From Chitinophagaceae bacterium (lineage in GTDB: Bacteria > Bacteroidota > Bacteroidia > Chitinophagales > Chitinophagaceae), in NCBI GenBank assembly GCA_044350285.1, contig JBILHX010000001.1, forward strand, positions 2,646-66,645: 64,000 bases of DNA, written 5' to 3'. The notes beneath the pieces were generated by a model. That model saw only the letters and a program-made list of their open reading frames with translations, was not told the origin of the DNA and did not search any database. How positions within the stretch are numbered: the first letter of the stretch is position 1; every line of letters starts with the position of its first letter. This document shows positions 19,955 to 28,949 of the stretch, one piece after another. Both the position numbers and the translations under genes were made by a program.

Positions 19955-21619
19955 ATGCAAATTATTAAAACCTTTTTAGTCGCCTCGATTTTTATTTTAC
20001 CTCTTTCGTTATTCAGTCAGTCAACCTTGTTCCAGCAAGGTTCAAAGGAGAATATTTTGTTGGACAGGCTTGAAATAAAGATGCAAAAGGATTCATTGTT
20101 GAATTTTTCTTTTTTGAAACCTTTCAGCAGAAAATGGTGGTTTGGTGCATTGGATAGGGCGTCGGATAGCCTTAAAAATTATCAACTATCTAAAGTTGAC
20201 AGATACAATCTTTCTAGGTCTCGGTTAAACAACGTTGAGTGGGACAAACAATTTAAGTTAGGTTTAGATAGTAAACACGGGGTGTTGAATTCAATTTATA
20301 AGACACCTGCCGATATGATTTCTGTTCGGGAGAAGGATTTTTTTATATCTCTTAATCCGGTTTTGCAACTTCAGGCGATGAAAGACGATGCCACCAATGA
20401 GTTGCGCTATATGAACACAAGGGGTGTTCTTATTAGGTCGTTGCTTGCAGATAAAATTGGATTCCAAGCGTATGTAACTGAAACCCAAGAGAAGCCACCT
20501 GTTTTTTTGAATGAAAAAGTAGAACAATTTCGGGCAGTGCCTGGGGCTGGATTGTATAGGCGATTTAAGAAAACGGGGTATGATTATTTTGATGCGCGGG
20601 GATCCGTTTATTTCAATGCAACACGATTTTTGGATATACAGTTTGGATATGATAAAATATTTCTAGGAAATGGTTATCGTAGCTTGTTTATGAGTGATTA
20701 TTCGAGCAGTCATTTATTTTTTAACCTGAATTTGCATGCCGGTCGATTTAATTATGTGAGCAGGGTGATGGAGCTCACTTCACAATACACCAGACGGTTT
20801 GATAAAGATACTTTGTTCCCCAAAAAGTATGCGGTGATACATCATGTAAGTTTCAATGCTCCAAAATGGTTGACATTGGGATTGTTTGAAAGCATTGTTT
20901 TTGGAAGGCAGAACCATGTTGAGTTTAGTTATTTGAATCCGGTGATGTTTTTGCGACCAGCAGAATTGCAAGTTGGTAGTCCAGATAATTCTTTTGTTGG
21001 TTTTGATGCAAAAGCCAATTTAGGCAAGCGTGTTCAATTGTATGGGCAAATTTTGATTGATGAGTTTTTTACAAAATACATTAAGCAAAAAAATGGTTGG
21101 TGGGGAAACAAATGGGCCTTTCAGGGAGGGTTGAAATACATTGATGTTGCAGGTATTAAAAATTTAGATCTACAGTTAGAATCCAATTGGATTCGGCCGT
21201 TCACGTATTCACATTTTGATACAGTTGGGAATTATACACATTACAATCAGCCTATGGCGCATCCATTGATGTCTAATATCCGCGAATATATTGCGATACT
21301 CAGGTTTCAGCCTGTTCCAAAATGGACAGTACAAGCAAAAGCTATTTATTGGCAAAGTGGGGTGGATACAGCCGGAAAGAATTTCGGGAATAATATTTTC
21401 TTGTCCAATGAAACGCGTGCAGCTTTTGATGGGTTTTTCTACGGGTCGCCTGTTAGCAGAACAAATTTGAATGTTAATTTTTGGCTTGCTTATGAGTTAA
21501 AGGAAAATCTCTTTTTTGAAAGCAATGTGTATTATAGAAAGATAGGCGAGGGGCCTAAAAATATATTTAGCTCTTTTGGACTGAGGTGGAATATGCAGCG
21601 AAGGGAATATGACTATTAA
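19955..21619 (+). CDS. Outer-membrane beta-barrel protein, Wzi-like
   Basis: Signal peptide, aromatic-rich alternating strands, GNGYRSL, YLNP, RPFTYSH, AHPL; ends in an aromatic residue (YDY). Confidence 0.6.
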   Translation: MQIIKTFLVASIFILPLSLFSQSTLFQQGSKENILLDRLEIKMQKDSLLNFSFLKPFSRKWWFGALDRASDSLKNYQLSKVDRYNLSRSRLNNVEWDKQFKLGLDSKHGVLNSIYKTPADMISVREKDFFISLNPVLQLQAMKDDATNELRYMNTRGVLIRSLLADKIGFQAYVTETQEKPPVFLNEKVEQFRAVPGAGLYRRFKKTGYDYFDARGSVYFNATRFLDIQFGYDKIFLGNGYRSLFMSDYSSSHLFFNLNLHAGRFNYVSRVMELTSQYTRRFDKDTLFPKKYAVIHHVSFNAPKWLTLGLFESIVFGRQNHVEFSYLNPVMFLRPAELQVGSPDNSFVGFDAKANLGKRVQLYGQILIDEFFTKYIKQKNGWWGNKWAFQGGLKYIDVAGIKNLDLQLESNWIRPFTYSHFDTVGNYTHYNQPMAHPLMSNIREYIAILRFQPVPKWTVQAKAIYWQSGVDTAGKNFGNNIFLSNETRAAFDGFFYGSPVSRTNLNVNFWLAYELKENLFFESNVYYRKIGEGPKNIFSSFGLRWNMQRREYDY

Positions 21620-21668
21620 ATGAAGAAGTTTAAGGTTTTTAGTTTAATGTTCTTCATTCTTCATTAAA
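21617..21668. repeat. Heptamer-repeat hairpin between convergent genes (probable bidirectional terminator)
   Basis: AATGAAGAA...TTCTTCATT arms enclosing GTTTAAG/GTTTTTA/GTTTAAT units. Confidence 0.55.
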
Positions 21669-21669
21669 T

Positions 21670-22407
21670 TTATTTGTTTCCCCCTCCTTCAAAGTGAAGG
21701 GAAAACAAAATCATCCTGCTGTTCATTTTATCGATGACATTAGAATATCGAAGCGACTCATCACGGCTATGAACATTGGTTAGTCCATAGCTGAATTTTA
21801 TTTCTGGAGATAGGATGAAATAGGGGAAGAAGAATTGAAATCCAATGCCGCCTTCCAAGCCATAATCGCTTTTGTTTACCTTAACGATGTTGTCTGAATT
21901 GCGCGCACCAGAGTTGCTGGCCAAGTCAAAATCATACTTCACACCAGCCAATGTGTATACCCTAAAATTATTGATTCTGTCGCTTTTTAACCTCACTTGC
22001 AAGGGGAAACTCATGACAATGGATTCCACGTTTTGTGTTTCATAGGCGGTACTAGGATCGCCAGTGTATTTTTGGGTGTAACCGAATTTTTTTTCGCTGA
22101 AGATGAGGTTTAGCGGGTAGAAGCGGAGGTCAAGGTGTTTGGAGAGCTGCCAATTGGCCATGATTCCCAAGTGGATTCTACCGCTGTTTTGAGAATTGAC
22201 AACACTAACAGTATCTCTGCTTAAGAAATAAGGGTGATGCGTGATGCTGTAATGAGAAGTGTTGTAGCCGAGGATGATGCCGAAGTAATACTGTTTTTCA
22301 TCATGATCCGGTAGGTTCAATTCTATGGCACGCTGTGCAAAGGTTGACAGCATTAACAAGAAGCTCGTTGTGAGCAGCACTATTTTTCTCCGATGTATAT
22401 GCTGCAT
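21670..22407 (-). CDS. porT: T9SS outer-membrane protein PorT/SprT
   Basis: Beta-barrel with KSDRINNFRVY..AG.KYDFDLAS, FILSPEIKFSYG; downstream of ubiE as is usual in Bacteroidota. Confidence 0.82.
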   Translation of the reverse strand: MQHIHRRKIVLLTTSFLLMLSTFAQRAIELNLPDHDEKQYYFGIILGYNTSHYSITHHPYFLSRDTVSVVNSQNSGRIHLGIMANWQLSKHLDLRFYPLNLIFSEKKFGYTQKYTGDPSTAYETQNVESIVMSFPLQVRLKSDRINNFRVYTLAGVKYDFDLASNSGARNSDNIVKVNKSDYGLEGGIGFQFFFPYFILSPEIKFSYGLTNVHSRDESLRYSNVIDKMNSRMILFSLHFEGGGNK

Positions 22408-23123
22408 ATTCCCAGGCTTAATCTTTTAAATGATGTATTCTTAAATCCAACGGATTCTAGTATTTTGACGAAATCTTTTCCCTCAGGGAATTTTTGAACC
22501 GAATTGTTGAGGTATTGATAGGCTTCCCCATTTTTTGAAAATAGCTTTCCCATGCCGGGGGCTACAACAGACATGTATAGGTTATAGATTTGCTGAATGC
22601 CCGGTAATGAAGGTCGGGAGAATTCCAGCACAACAAGTTTTCCTCCAGGGTTGAGTACCCGGTTGATTTCTTTGAGTCCTTTTTCAAGGTGTTGGAAATT
22701 GCGAACCCCAAATGACACCGTAACAGCATCAAAAGAATTGTCTTCAAATTTTATTTCCTCACTATCTCCCGTTTGGAGTTCAATTAAATCTTCTAAACCC
22801 GCGTCTGTAATTTTTCTTCTACCCAAATCAAGCATTCCCACAGAAATATCAATTCCTATAATTTTCTTTGGTTGAAGTATTTTTGCTGCAAGCATGGCAA
22901 CATCAGCTGTGCCTGTGGCAACGTCCAATATCGCTTGGGGATTGTCTTTTTTCAGGTATGACAATGCCTTTTTTCTCCAGCTAATATCAATTCCAGCTGA
23001 TAAAAATCGGTTTAAAAAGTCATATTGAGGAGCTATTCTGTTGAACATGAGTGCCACCTGCTCTTTTTTCGATAAATTTGAGGCAACATCCGGAACTATT
23101 GTATCGTGTGCAAATTTTCCCAT
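22380..23123 (-). CDS. ubiE: Demethylmenaquinone methyltransferase UbiE/MenG
   Basis: MFNRIA..YDFLN, ILDVATGTAD, FGVRNF, RVLNPGG..LEFS; likely start is ATG at 23123 (the ORF-track extension overlaps engB). Confidence 0.93.
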   Translation of the reverse strand: MGKFAHDTIVPDVASNLSKKEQVALMFNRIAPQYDFLNRFLSAGIDISWRKKALSYLKKDNPQAILDVATGTADVAMLAAKILQPKKIIGIDISVGMLDLGRRKITDAGLEDLIELQTGDSEEIKFEDNSFDAVTVSFGVRNFQHLEKGLKEINRVLNPGGKLVVLEFSRPSLPGIQQIYNLYMSVVAPGMGKLFSKNGEAYQYLNNSVQKFPEGKDFVKILESVGFKNTSFKRLSLGICSIYIGEK

Positions 23124-23187
23124 TGTTGCAAAAATAATCAAATTAGGCTCTAACGTTCTTAAAGCTTTTATAAATCTTAAATTACAA

Positions 23188-23859
23188 ATGATTTTTACCA
23201 AGGCATCATATATCATCAGCAATCCAGACCATATAGCTTGTCCGAAGCCCGACAGGCCTGAGTATGCGTTCATTGGACGCAGTAATGTAGGCAAGTCATC
23301 TCTCATCAACATGCTTACCGGAATCAAAAATTTGGCCAAAACTTCGGGTACACCCGGCAAGACCCAGCTCATCAATCATTTCTTTATTGAGAGCAAAGAG
23401 AAGGATGGGGCACCCTTGACGCAGTGGTACTTGGTGGATTTGCCTGGGTATGGTTTTGCCAAGGTTTCAGCTTCAAAGCGAAAAGGTTGGGAAAAAATGA
23501 TTGGCGACTACGTGCGGGAGCGTGAAAATTTGGTTAATCTTTTTGTGTTGATTGATGCGAGGCATACACCACAGCAATTGGATATAGATTTTGTAAACAA
23601 GATGGGAGAGTGGGAAGTACCGTTTTGCATTGTTTTTACGAAAGCAGACAAGGAAACGCAGAAGGTTGTTAGTGCCCACGTGAAAAAGTTTGCAGAAACC
23701 ATGAAAAAGACCTGGGTTGAGCTTCCTCCAATATTTGTAACGAGTGCAGAAAAGCGCACAGGCAAGGCAGATTTGCTGACACTGATCCAGGAGATGAACA
23801 AAGAGAATTTCGAGAAGTTTAAAAACAAAGGGCATGATGATTCCCGCCAGGATACCTAG
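23188..23859 (+). CDS. engB: Ribosome biogenesis GTPase YihA/YsxC
   Basis: GRSNVGKSS, TPGKT, DLPGYG, TKAD, TSA; likely start ATG 23188. Confidence 0.95.
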   Translation: MIFTKASYIISNPDHIACPKPDRPEYAFIGRSNVGKSSLINMLTGIKNLAKTSGTPGKTQLINHFFIESKEKDGAPLTQWYLVDLPGYGFAKVSASKRKGWEKMIGDYVRERENLVNLFVLIDARHTPQQLDIDFVNKMGEWEVPFCIVFTKADKETQKVVSAHVKKFAETMKKTWVELPPIFVTSAEKRTGKADLLTLIQEMNKENFEKFKNKGHDDSRQDT

Positions 23860-24466
23860 CATCATAGAAAAGTTTTACTCTGAGCGGGTTTGGCGGATTG
23901 AAACAACGCAGAATGATTTATACATAACTTTTGACGATGGTCCACACCCTACCATCACGCCATCTGTGTTGGCCATGCTCAGGAAATATGACGCAAAAGC
24001 CACTTTTTTTTGTATTGGAGATCGGGTCAAAAGATACCCAGAAGTATACAACCAAATCTTGGCAGAGGGCCATGCTGTTGGGAACCATACCCAGCATCAC
24101 TTGAATGGATGGAAGGTAAGAGACGATGCCTATTTGGCTGATGTTAGGGAAGCAGATGAATTTATCAATACAACATTGTTCAGACCACCTTATGGAAGAA
24201 TAAAAAGAAGCCAGGGTAAAAAAATCTTGGCACAGGGAAAGAAAATTGTGATGTGGACTGTATTAAGTGGGGATTACAGCAATAAATTGACTCCGCAAGA
24301 CGTTGCTAAGCGTGTGTCTATTCCATTTGAAAAGGGGGCTATTTACTTGTTTCATGACCTAGAGAAGGCTTCTGAAAATATGTTTTTTGCGTTGGGGAAA
24401 TTACTTGAAGATGCCCGCCAGCAGGGCTTTTCAATGAAAAAAATTGAAGATTTAAAAGTTGGGTAA
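23834..24466 (+). CDS. Polysaccharide deacetylase (CE4/NodB)
   Basis: TFDDGP, GNHT..H, FRPPYG, LFHD. Confidence 0.92.
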   Translation: MMIPARIPSIIEKFYSERVWRIETTQNDLYITFDDGPHPTITPSVLAMLRKYDAKATFFCIGDRVKRYPEVYNQILAEGHAVGNHTQHHLNGWKVRDDAYLADVREADEFINTTLFRPPYGRIKRSQGKKILAQGKKIVMWTVLSGDYSNKLTPQDVAKRVSIPFEKGAIYLFHDLEKASENMFFALGKLLEDARQQGFSMKKIEDLKVG

Positions 24467-24472
24467 TGTCCT

Positions 24473-24512
24473 AAAAAAAAGAGGGCCTGGGTAAAAACCC
24501 TGGCCCGTTTTT
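24473..24512. terminator. Bidirectional intrinsic terminator
   Basis: A8-GAGGGCCTGGGT-AAAA-ACCCTGGCCC-GTTTTT hairpin. Confidence 0.75.
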
Positions 24513-24622
24513 AATCCGTACCCTATGAAAACTTTGCGGAAGGTACAAAATAATTCTTTTTATTATTAACTACATGGCAATGAACTTTTTATGTTTTTTT
24601 TCACATTACAATAATATGCAAT

Positions 24623-25384
24623 ATGATAGACACACATAGCCATTTATATTCGACTGAATTTCATGAAGATTTGGCAGATGTTGTTGCCAGGTCTAAGGCT
24701 GTTGGGGTGGATAAAATTTATCTTCCTGCGATTGATTCTTCCACCCATGAAGCCATGATGTTGTTGGCAAAGCAGCAGCAGGGATATTGTATTCCGATGA
24801 TGGGGTTGCATCCTTGTTATGTGGATGGGGGGTATGAAAAGGAGCTTGAATTGGTTGAGGCGTGGCTGAAAAAGGAAAAATTTGTGGCCATTGGTGAGAT
24901 TGGTCTTGATTATTATCATTCAACTGAATTCAAGGATCAGCAGATAGATGCTTTGGAGCGACAAATAACGATGGCGATGGAAAGGGATTTGCCCATTATC
25001 ATTCATACAAGAAGCTCCATGGATGATTGTATAAAAATTATTGAGGAAGTTGGTGGGGGAAATGTAAAGGGTATATTCCATTGTTTTGGAGGTGATGAAA
25101 GGCAGGCGAGAAAGATTATAGAAATGGGCTTTATGCTTGGGATAGGTGGAGTGGTGACGTATAAGAATGCCGGGTTGGCAAAAATTGTGGAGGCCATTCC
25201 ATTGGAATCGATTGTCTTAGAGACGGATGCGCCTTACTTGACACCTGTTCCATTTCGAGGGAAGCGCAATGAAACGAGTTATTTAAAATACGTTGCAGAA
25301 AAAATTGCGGAAATAAAAGGCATAGAAATTAAGGAGGTTGATGAGATAACGACTGCAAATGCAAAAAAAATCTTCAGCTTCTGA
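24623..25384 (+). CDS. tatD: TatD family nuclease
   Basis: [36 protein letters not shown]. Confidence 0.95.
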   Translation: MIDTHSHLYSTEFHEDLADVVARSKAVGVDKIYLPAIDSSTHEAMMLLAKQQQGYCIPMMGLHPCYVDGGYEKELELVEAWLKKEKFVAIGEIGLDYYHSTEFKDQQIDALERQITMAMERDLPIIIHTRSSMDDCIKIIEEVGGGNVKGIFHCFGGDERQARKIIEMGFMLGIGGVVTYKNAGLAKIVEAIPLESIVLETDAPYLTPVPFRGKRNETSYLKYVAEKIAEIKGIEIKEVDEITTANAKKIFSF

Positions 25385-25417
25385 GAATAAGGGTTTATTT
25401 TTGCCGTCCGAATAAAA

Positions 25418-25504
25418 GGAGACTTGTCCGAGTGGCTGAAGGAGCACGCTTGGAAAGCGTGTAAACGGGAAACTGTTTCGAGGGTTCGAATCCCTCAGTC
25501 TCCG
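25418..25504 (+). tRNA. tRNA-Ser (anticodon GGA)
   Basis: GGAGAC/GTCTCC acceptor stem, CACGC-TTGGAAA-GCGTG anticodon arm, long variable arm, GGTTCGAATCC T-arm; no encoded CCA; TATTTTTG box at 25396-25403. Confidence 0.97.
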
Positions 25505-25521
25505 CTGAATGTCATGCAAAG

Positions 25522-25567
25522 AAATGCAAAACGTTGCAATGTGCTCATTGTCAATGTTTTGCATTTT
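25522..25567 (+). other. Long imperfect hairpin immediately 3' of tRNA-Ser
   Basis: AAATGCAAAACGTTG-CAATG-TGCT-CATTG-T-CAATGTTTTGCATTT. Confidence 0.65.
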
Positions 25568-26173
25568 TCGTTGATGCAAGCCGAAGCAGACAAAAGCAGG
25601 ATTTTTTGGTAAAATCGGACACCAAGATTCATGCTTTTGATGCTTTGTTCTCTTTTGCTTTGTTCTGCCCCATTTTGCTGCTGCTGAATCAGTGAATACT
25701 GCCCAATTTACAAACCAAAAAAGTAATTTATGCAGAAGCTCATGGAGATTCACGTCAATTTTCTTTGTAAAACTCTTCTAGCGATTCAATATTTCCCATT
25801 GGTTACACTAAGTTTATTTTATGTTTTTCAGCAAATACCTCTTTTAAAGGTGATATAAACATATCCCATTTCCCTGAATTCAGGTGGGATTATTCAAACA
25901 AATTGTTACAAAAATCAAATAAAGTAAGTGGTGGTATTAGTTCAATGACTTCTGTTTTGTAAAAGAGAAGTGCCTTCATAACATCCTTGTCTAATGCTGA
26001 TTTTTTTTTTTATTTCTTTTTTACTCCTCAAATAGAAAGAGGTCTGTGTTTCTACTTTTGGTTTACCGTTGAAGGTTGAACAAGTTTCACTTTCACCCCA
26101 AACACTAAACAGCCGTTGCAAAACCAAACACCACCTAAAACAATTTTTAAATTTAACACCAAACAATTGAATC

Positions 26174-26842
26174 ATGACTATTTACAACCTTCCTCTCGCT
26201 GCCATTTTACACCGCGTAACAATTTTTGAAGATGATTTTCAAAACAACAATGCCGGCTGGGAGATAATAGATTGCGAAACTGAATACAGCTTTATTAATG
26301 ACAGTCACTATTTCTTGGAAAATAAATCCGAAAACCATTGGATGTTTTATCACAAAGCATTGACAGGTTCGTTTCCTAAAAACTTTGTCATCAATGCCGA
26401 AATTGAATTGCTTGAAAACAAGGGCTATGGACAGTTTGGACTGTTGTGGGGGTTTACAGACCCTAGTCATATCCTCAACAGGTTCGTTCGATCAGCAGAG
26501 ACTGAACGTTTTACCATAACCCGATTTGAAAAGAATCACCACCGTTCTTTTCATCGTTTTTCAGATCAATTCAAAAAAGAACCTGAAACTGGTTCCAAGC
26601 AATTTTTTTCCATCATGTTGTTAAACGATTATTATTATTTCTTCTTGCATAAATACCAGCGTCCCATTTATATCTGTCACAAAAGCCACATGCAGTCTGA
26701 AGGAAATCGTTTTGGGTTTTACATTGAACCTGGATTAACCATTAGGGTAGATAAAATTAAAATTGAACGGTTGATTTTGAAACCCGATTTTGATGGACAC
26801 CCCTGGATGCCCTTGGGAAGTGAAACGCTGAAAGGAATCTAA
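26174..26842 (+). CDS. Hypothetical protein, possible ConA-like/DUF1080-like beta-sandwich
   Basis: 222-aa ORF; FEDDF.NN..GW start, FGLLWG and RFGFYI beta-strand patterns; no signal peptide. Confidence 0.6.
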   Translation: MTIYNLPLAAILHRVTIFEDDFQNNNAGWEIIDCETEYSFINDSHYFLENKSENHWMFYHKALTGSFPKNFVINAEIELLENKGYGQFGLLWGFTDPSHILNRFVRSAETERFTITRFEKNHHRSFHRFSDQFKKEPETGSKQFFSIMLLNDYYYFFLHKYQRPIYICHKSHMQSEGNRFGFYIEPGLTIRVDKIKIERLILKPDFDGHPWMPLGSETLKGI

Positions 26843-26857
26843 TGCCGATAAGGCGAT

Positions 26858-27880
26858 TTAATTTTTATTGCCTGTAGCATTGTTGTTAACCATTGTTATG
26901 AGCATGTCATGAATTGTTTTTTTGAGTGAACTGGGTTTTACCACACTGCACCATGGCCCCAAGCTTAATAGGCGCAAGCAGAGTTCTTCATTGATCAATA
27001 CATTGATGCTGATTTTAATGCTGTTCTCCGTCTCTTTGATGATTTTTTGAGAGTGATGGATGGGTTCTAGTAATACCAATTTGCAAATGGGATCGGAAAT
27101 GGTTAGTTCAACTGTTTGTGGTTTTCCGGTTCCTTCCATGATGCCTGTTGCATGTTGAAAGAATGAATCTGGATGAAAATCAGTTCTCTTCTTTTGATGG
27201 ATGCTGATGATTTCCAAGGCAGTGATCCTGTCTATGGCGAAGGTTCTGTAATCGCTTCTTTCTTCACTCCATCCAATCACATACCAACGGTTTCTGTGTT
27301 CTTTCAGCAAATAGGGAACAAGAGAATACGTTGATGTTTTCTTTTTATAGATGTTGTTGTAGGTGAAATTAATGGCATGTTTTTTTTTGATCACATCATA
27401 CAAAAGGTTGATCCATTCCATCCCATTGGATGCATTTGCCTTTTCAAAATGCACGTATTGATTCAGGATAGGATCTTCAATATCAAGCCCAAGCGAGAAC
27501 CTGGTGTTGATGCGTTCTATGGCATTTTTAAACTCTGAAAAAATTGGAACATTTTTATATTGATTGAGGAGCTGCGCTGCAAACTTCAATGCATTCCATT
27601 CTTCGTCTTGAAGATTCAGCTCAGCAATTGAAAAGCCAATCTCACTGTAAGCATAGCCCTTGTTTTGTTTTGAATAAATGATGGGAGCATTGTATCCAAC
27701 CGGATTGTTTTTTTTCATCGCGGCAATATCTTTCTCAATGGTAGAAACAGAAACATCCACGTCGAGCAGCTCAGAACATCGTTCTGCCAAGAACTCGAGG
27801 GTAGGGTACTTGTGACGTTTGTCGTTGATGCACTGATCTATGATCCTGTGGCGACTGAAAGCGTTTTTATTTTTAGGCAT
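26858..27880 (-). CDS. WYL-domain transcriptional regulator (wHTH-WYL-WCX)
   Basis: NKNA..R..IID N-terminus, VSVSTIEKDI HTH, PYLLKEHRNRWYVIG, RTFAIDRI, PIHHSQ, VVKP..L. Confidence 0.92.
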   Translation of the reverse strand: MPKNKNAFSRHRIIDQCINDKRHKYPTLEFLAERCSELLDVDVSVSTIEKDIAAMKKNNPVGYNAPIIYSKQNKGYAYSEIGFSIAELNLQDEEWNALKFAAQLLNQYKNVPIFSEFKNAIERINTRFSLGLDIEDPILNQYVHFEKANASNGMEWINLLYDVIKKKHAINFTYNNIYKKKTSTYSLVPYLLKEHRNRWYVIGWSEERSDYRTFAIDRITALEIISIHQKKRTDFHPDSFFQHATGIMEGTGKPQTVELTISDPICKLVLLEPIHHSQKIIKETENSIKISINVLINEELCLRLLSLGPWCSVVKPSSLKKTIHDMLITMVNNNATGNKN

Positions 27881-27892
27881 AGGTTAAATTTA

Positions 27893-28017
27893 AATGAAGA
27901 ATGAAGAATGGAAAACACTAAACCTTAAACTTTAAACTACTCAACCCTCCCGATTCGTGCTTCGCACTCTCGGGATCTTCGATTTCAACCCCCTCAACTA
28001 TTTTAACCTCTTCAACA
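27893..28017. repeat. Composite intergenic repeat: AATGAAG and TAAACYT heptamers, TTCAACY nonamers and a TCCCGA...TCGGGA hairpin
   Basis: Read directly; the same unit types recur at 21617, 44041, 44940, 46117 and 61652. Confidence 0.6.
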
Positions 28018-28021
28018 ATAC

Positions 28022-28037
28022 CTTACAAGCTTGTAAG
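28022..28037. promoter_or_regulatory. 16-bp perfect palindrome, candidate WYL operator
   Basis: CTTACAAG|CTTGTAAG between the divergent WYL and vWA genes, upstream of a TAATTTTG box at 28063-28070. Confidence 0.5.
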
Positions 28038-28098
28038 AAAATCTTTCGCTTGAAACACTTCATAATTTTGTATCAAATAACAAAAACACCATGCAAAC

Positions 28099-28797
28099 AT
28101 GAAAAAAATCTTCGAAGTATTTCAGCCTTTCCTTAACAAATTTAATATACAATTAAAACAAACAGAAATGAAAACACAAAGAACAATTTACCATTTTATT
28201 GTAGATAAAAGTGGTTCTATGAGCGATTGCATCCCTGCAACCATCAATGGTTACAACGAGCAGGTTTCAATGGTTAAAAATATGGAAGCAGAGTTTCCTG
28301 AGCAAGACATTACCATCGGATTGTCAACTTTCAACAACCAAACTGAACACAAGTATTTCATGCAGATGTCTGGTATGGCATTGAAGATGAATGCTCAAAA
28401 CTACATCCCCAATGGCGGTACGGCTTTGTTTGATGCGATTGGAACATCTGTTGAAAAATTGGAAGAATACAGAACTGTTTCCAGTGAGCAAATCCCAACA
28501 ACAGTGGTTGTGGTGATACTTACCGATGGGTATGAAAACTCTTCCAGATTTTATAATTTAAGCCAGATAAAATCAAAGATCCAAAGTCTTGAAAGCACCG
28601 GAAACTGGACATTCAGCTTCATTGGTGCAACCCTTGATGCCGCTGATGTTGCCGAGCAAATGTCTATCAAACGCAGCAACAGCTTTGCATTCGACAAACG
28701 AAACATGGAATCGGAAGTTTGGGACAAATTAGGTGATTCAATGAGGTCATATTCTGTTAAGAAAAGATCTGGCGATGATTTAAGTGAGTTGTTTTAA
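28099..28797 (+). CDS. Standalone von Willebrand factor A (vWA) domain protein
   Basis: MIDAS DKSGSM, GGTALFDAI, ILTDGYEN, WTFSFIGA; alternative start ATG 28168. Confidence 0.88.
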   Translation: MKKIFEVFQPFLNKFNIQLKQTEMKTQRTIYHFIVDKSGSMSDCIPATINGYNEQVSMVKNMEAEFPEQDITIGLSTFNNQTEHKYFMQMSGMALKMNAQNYIPNGGTALFDAIGTSVEKLEEYRTVSSEQIPTTVVVVILTDGYENSSRFYNLSQIKSKIQSLESTGNWTFSFIGATLDAADVAEQMSIKRSNSFAFDKRNMESEVWDKLGDSMRSYSVKKRSGDDLSELF

Positions 28798-28813
28798 TGT
28801 TCTATTTGCGATT

Positions 28814-28849
28814 TTCAATAGCCTTGGGTTTAAACCCAAGGCTATTGAA
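28814..28849. repeat. 36-bp perfect palindrome (REP-like), copy 1
   Basis: TTCAATAGCCTTGGGTTT|AAACCCAAGGCTATTGAA. Confidence 0.85.
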
Positions 28850-28861
28850 TTTTAATGGATG

Positions 28862-28891
28862 CCTCACCTTCCTCTTCGAGAGAAGGTGAGG
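28862..28891. repeat. GC-rich hairpin next to palindrome copy 1
   Basis: CCTCACCTTC-CTCTTCGAGA-GAAGGTGAGG. Confidence 0.6.
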
Positions 28892-28903
28892 GGAAAGTAA
28901 TGG

Positions 28904-28949
28904 GGCTGTTGTCTTGTCCCTAGTCCCTTGTCCCTCGTCCCTGGCTGTT
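28904..28949 (-). repeat. AACAGCC-(AGGGACN)4-AGAC-AACAGCC heptamer element overlapping the helicase stop codon
   Basis: Reverse complement reads AACAGCC AGGGACG AGGGACA AGGGACT AGGGACA AGAC AACAGCC; second copy at 61608-61645. Confidence 0.75.

Noticed and set aside
23041-23375. Long N-terminal extensions making ubiE and engB overlap head-to-head
   Set aside because: Family motifs start at ATG 23123 (ubiE) and 23188 (engB); the extensions are antisense read-through
25283-25753. 156-aa and 62-aa ORFs across the tRNA
   Set aside because: They overlap a clear tRNA-Ser and are shadow ORFs
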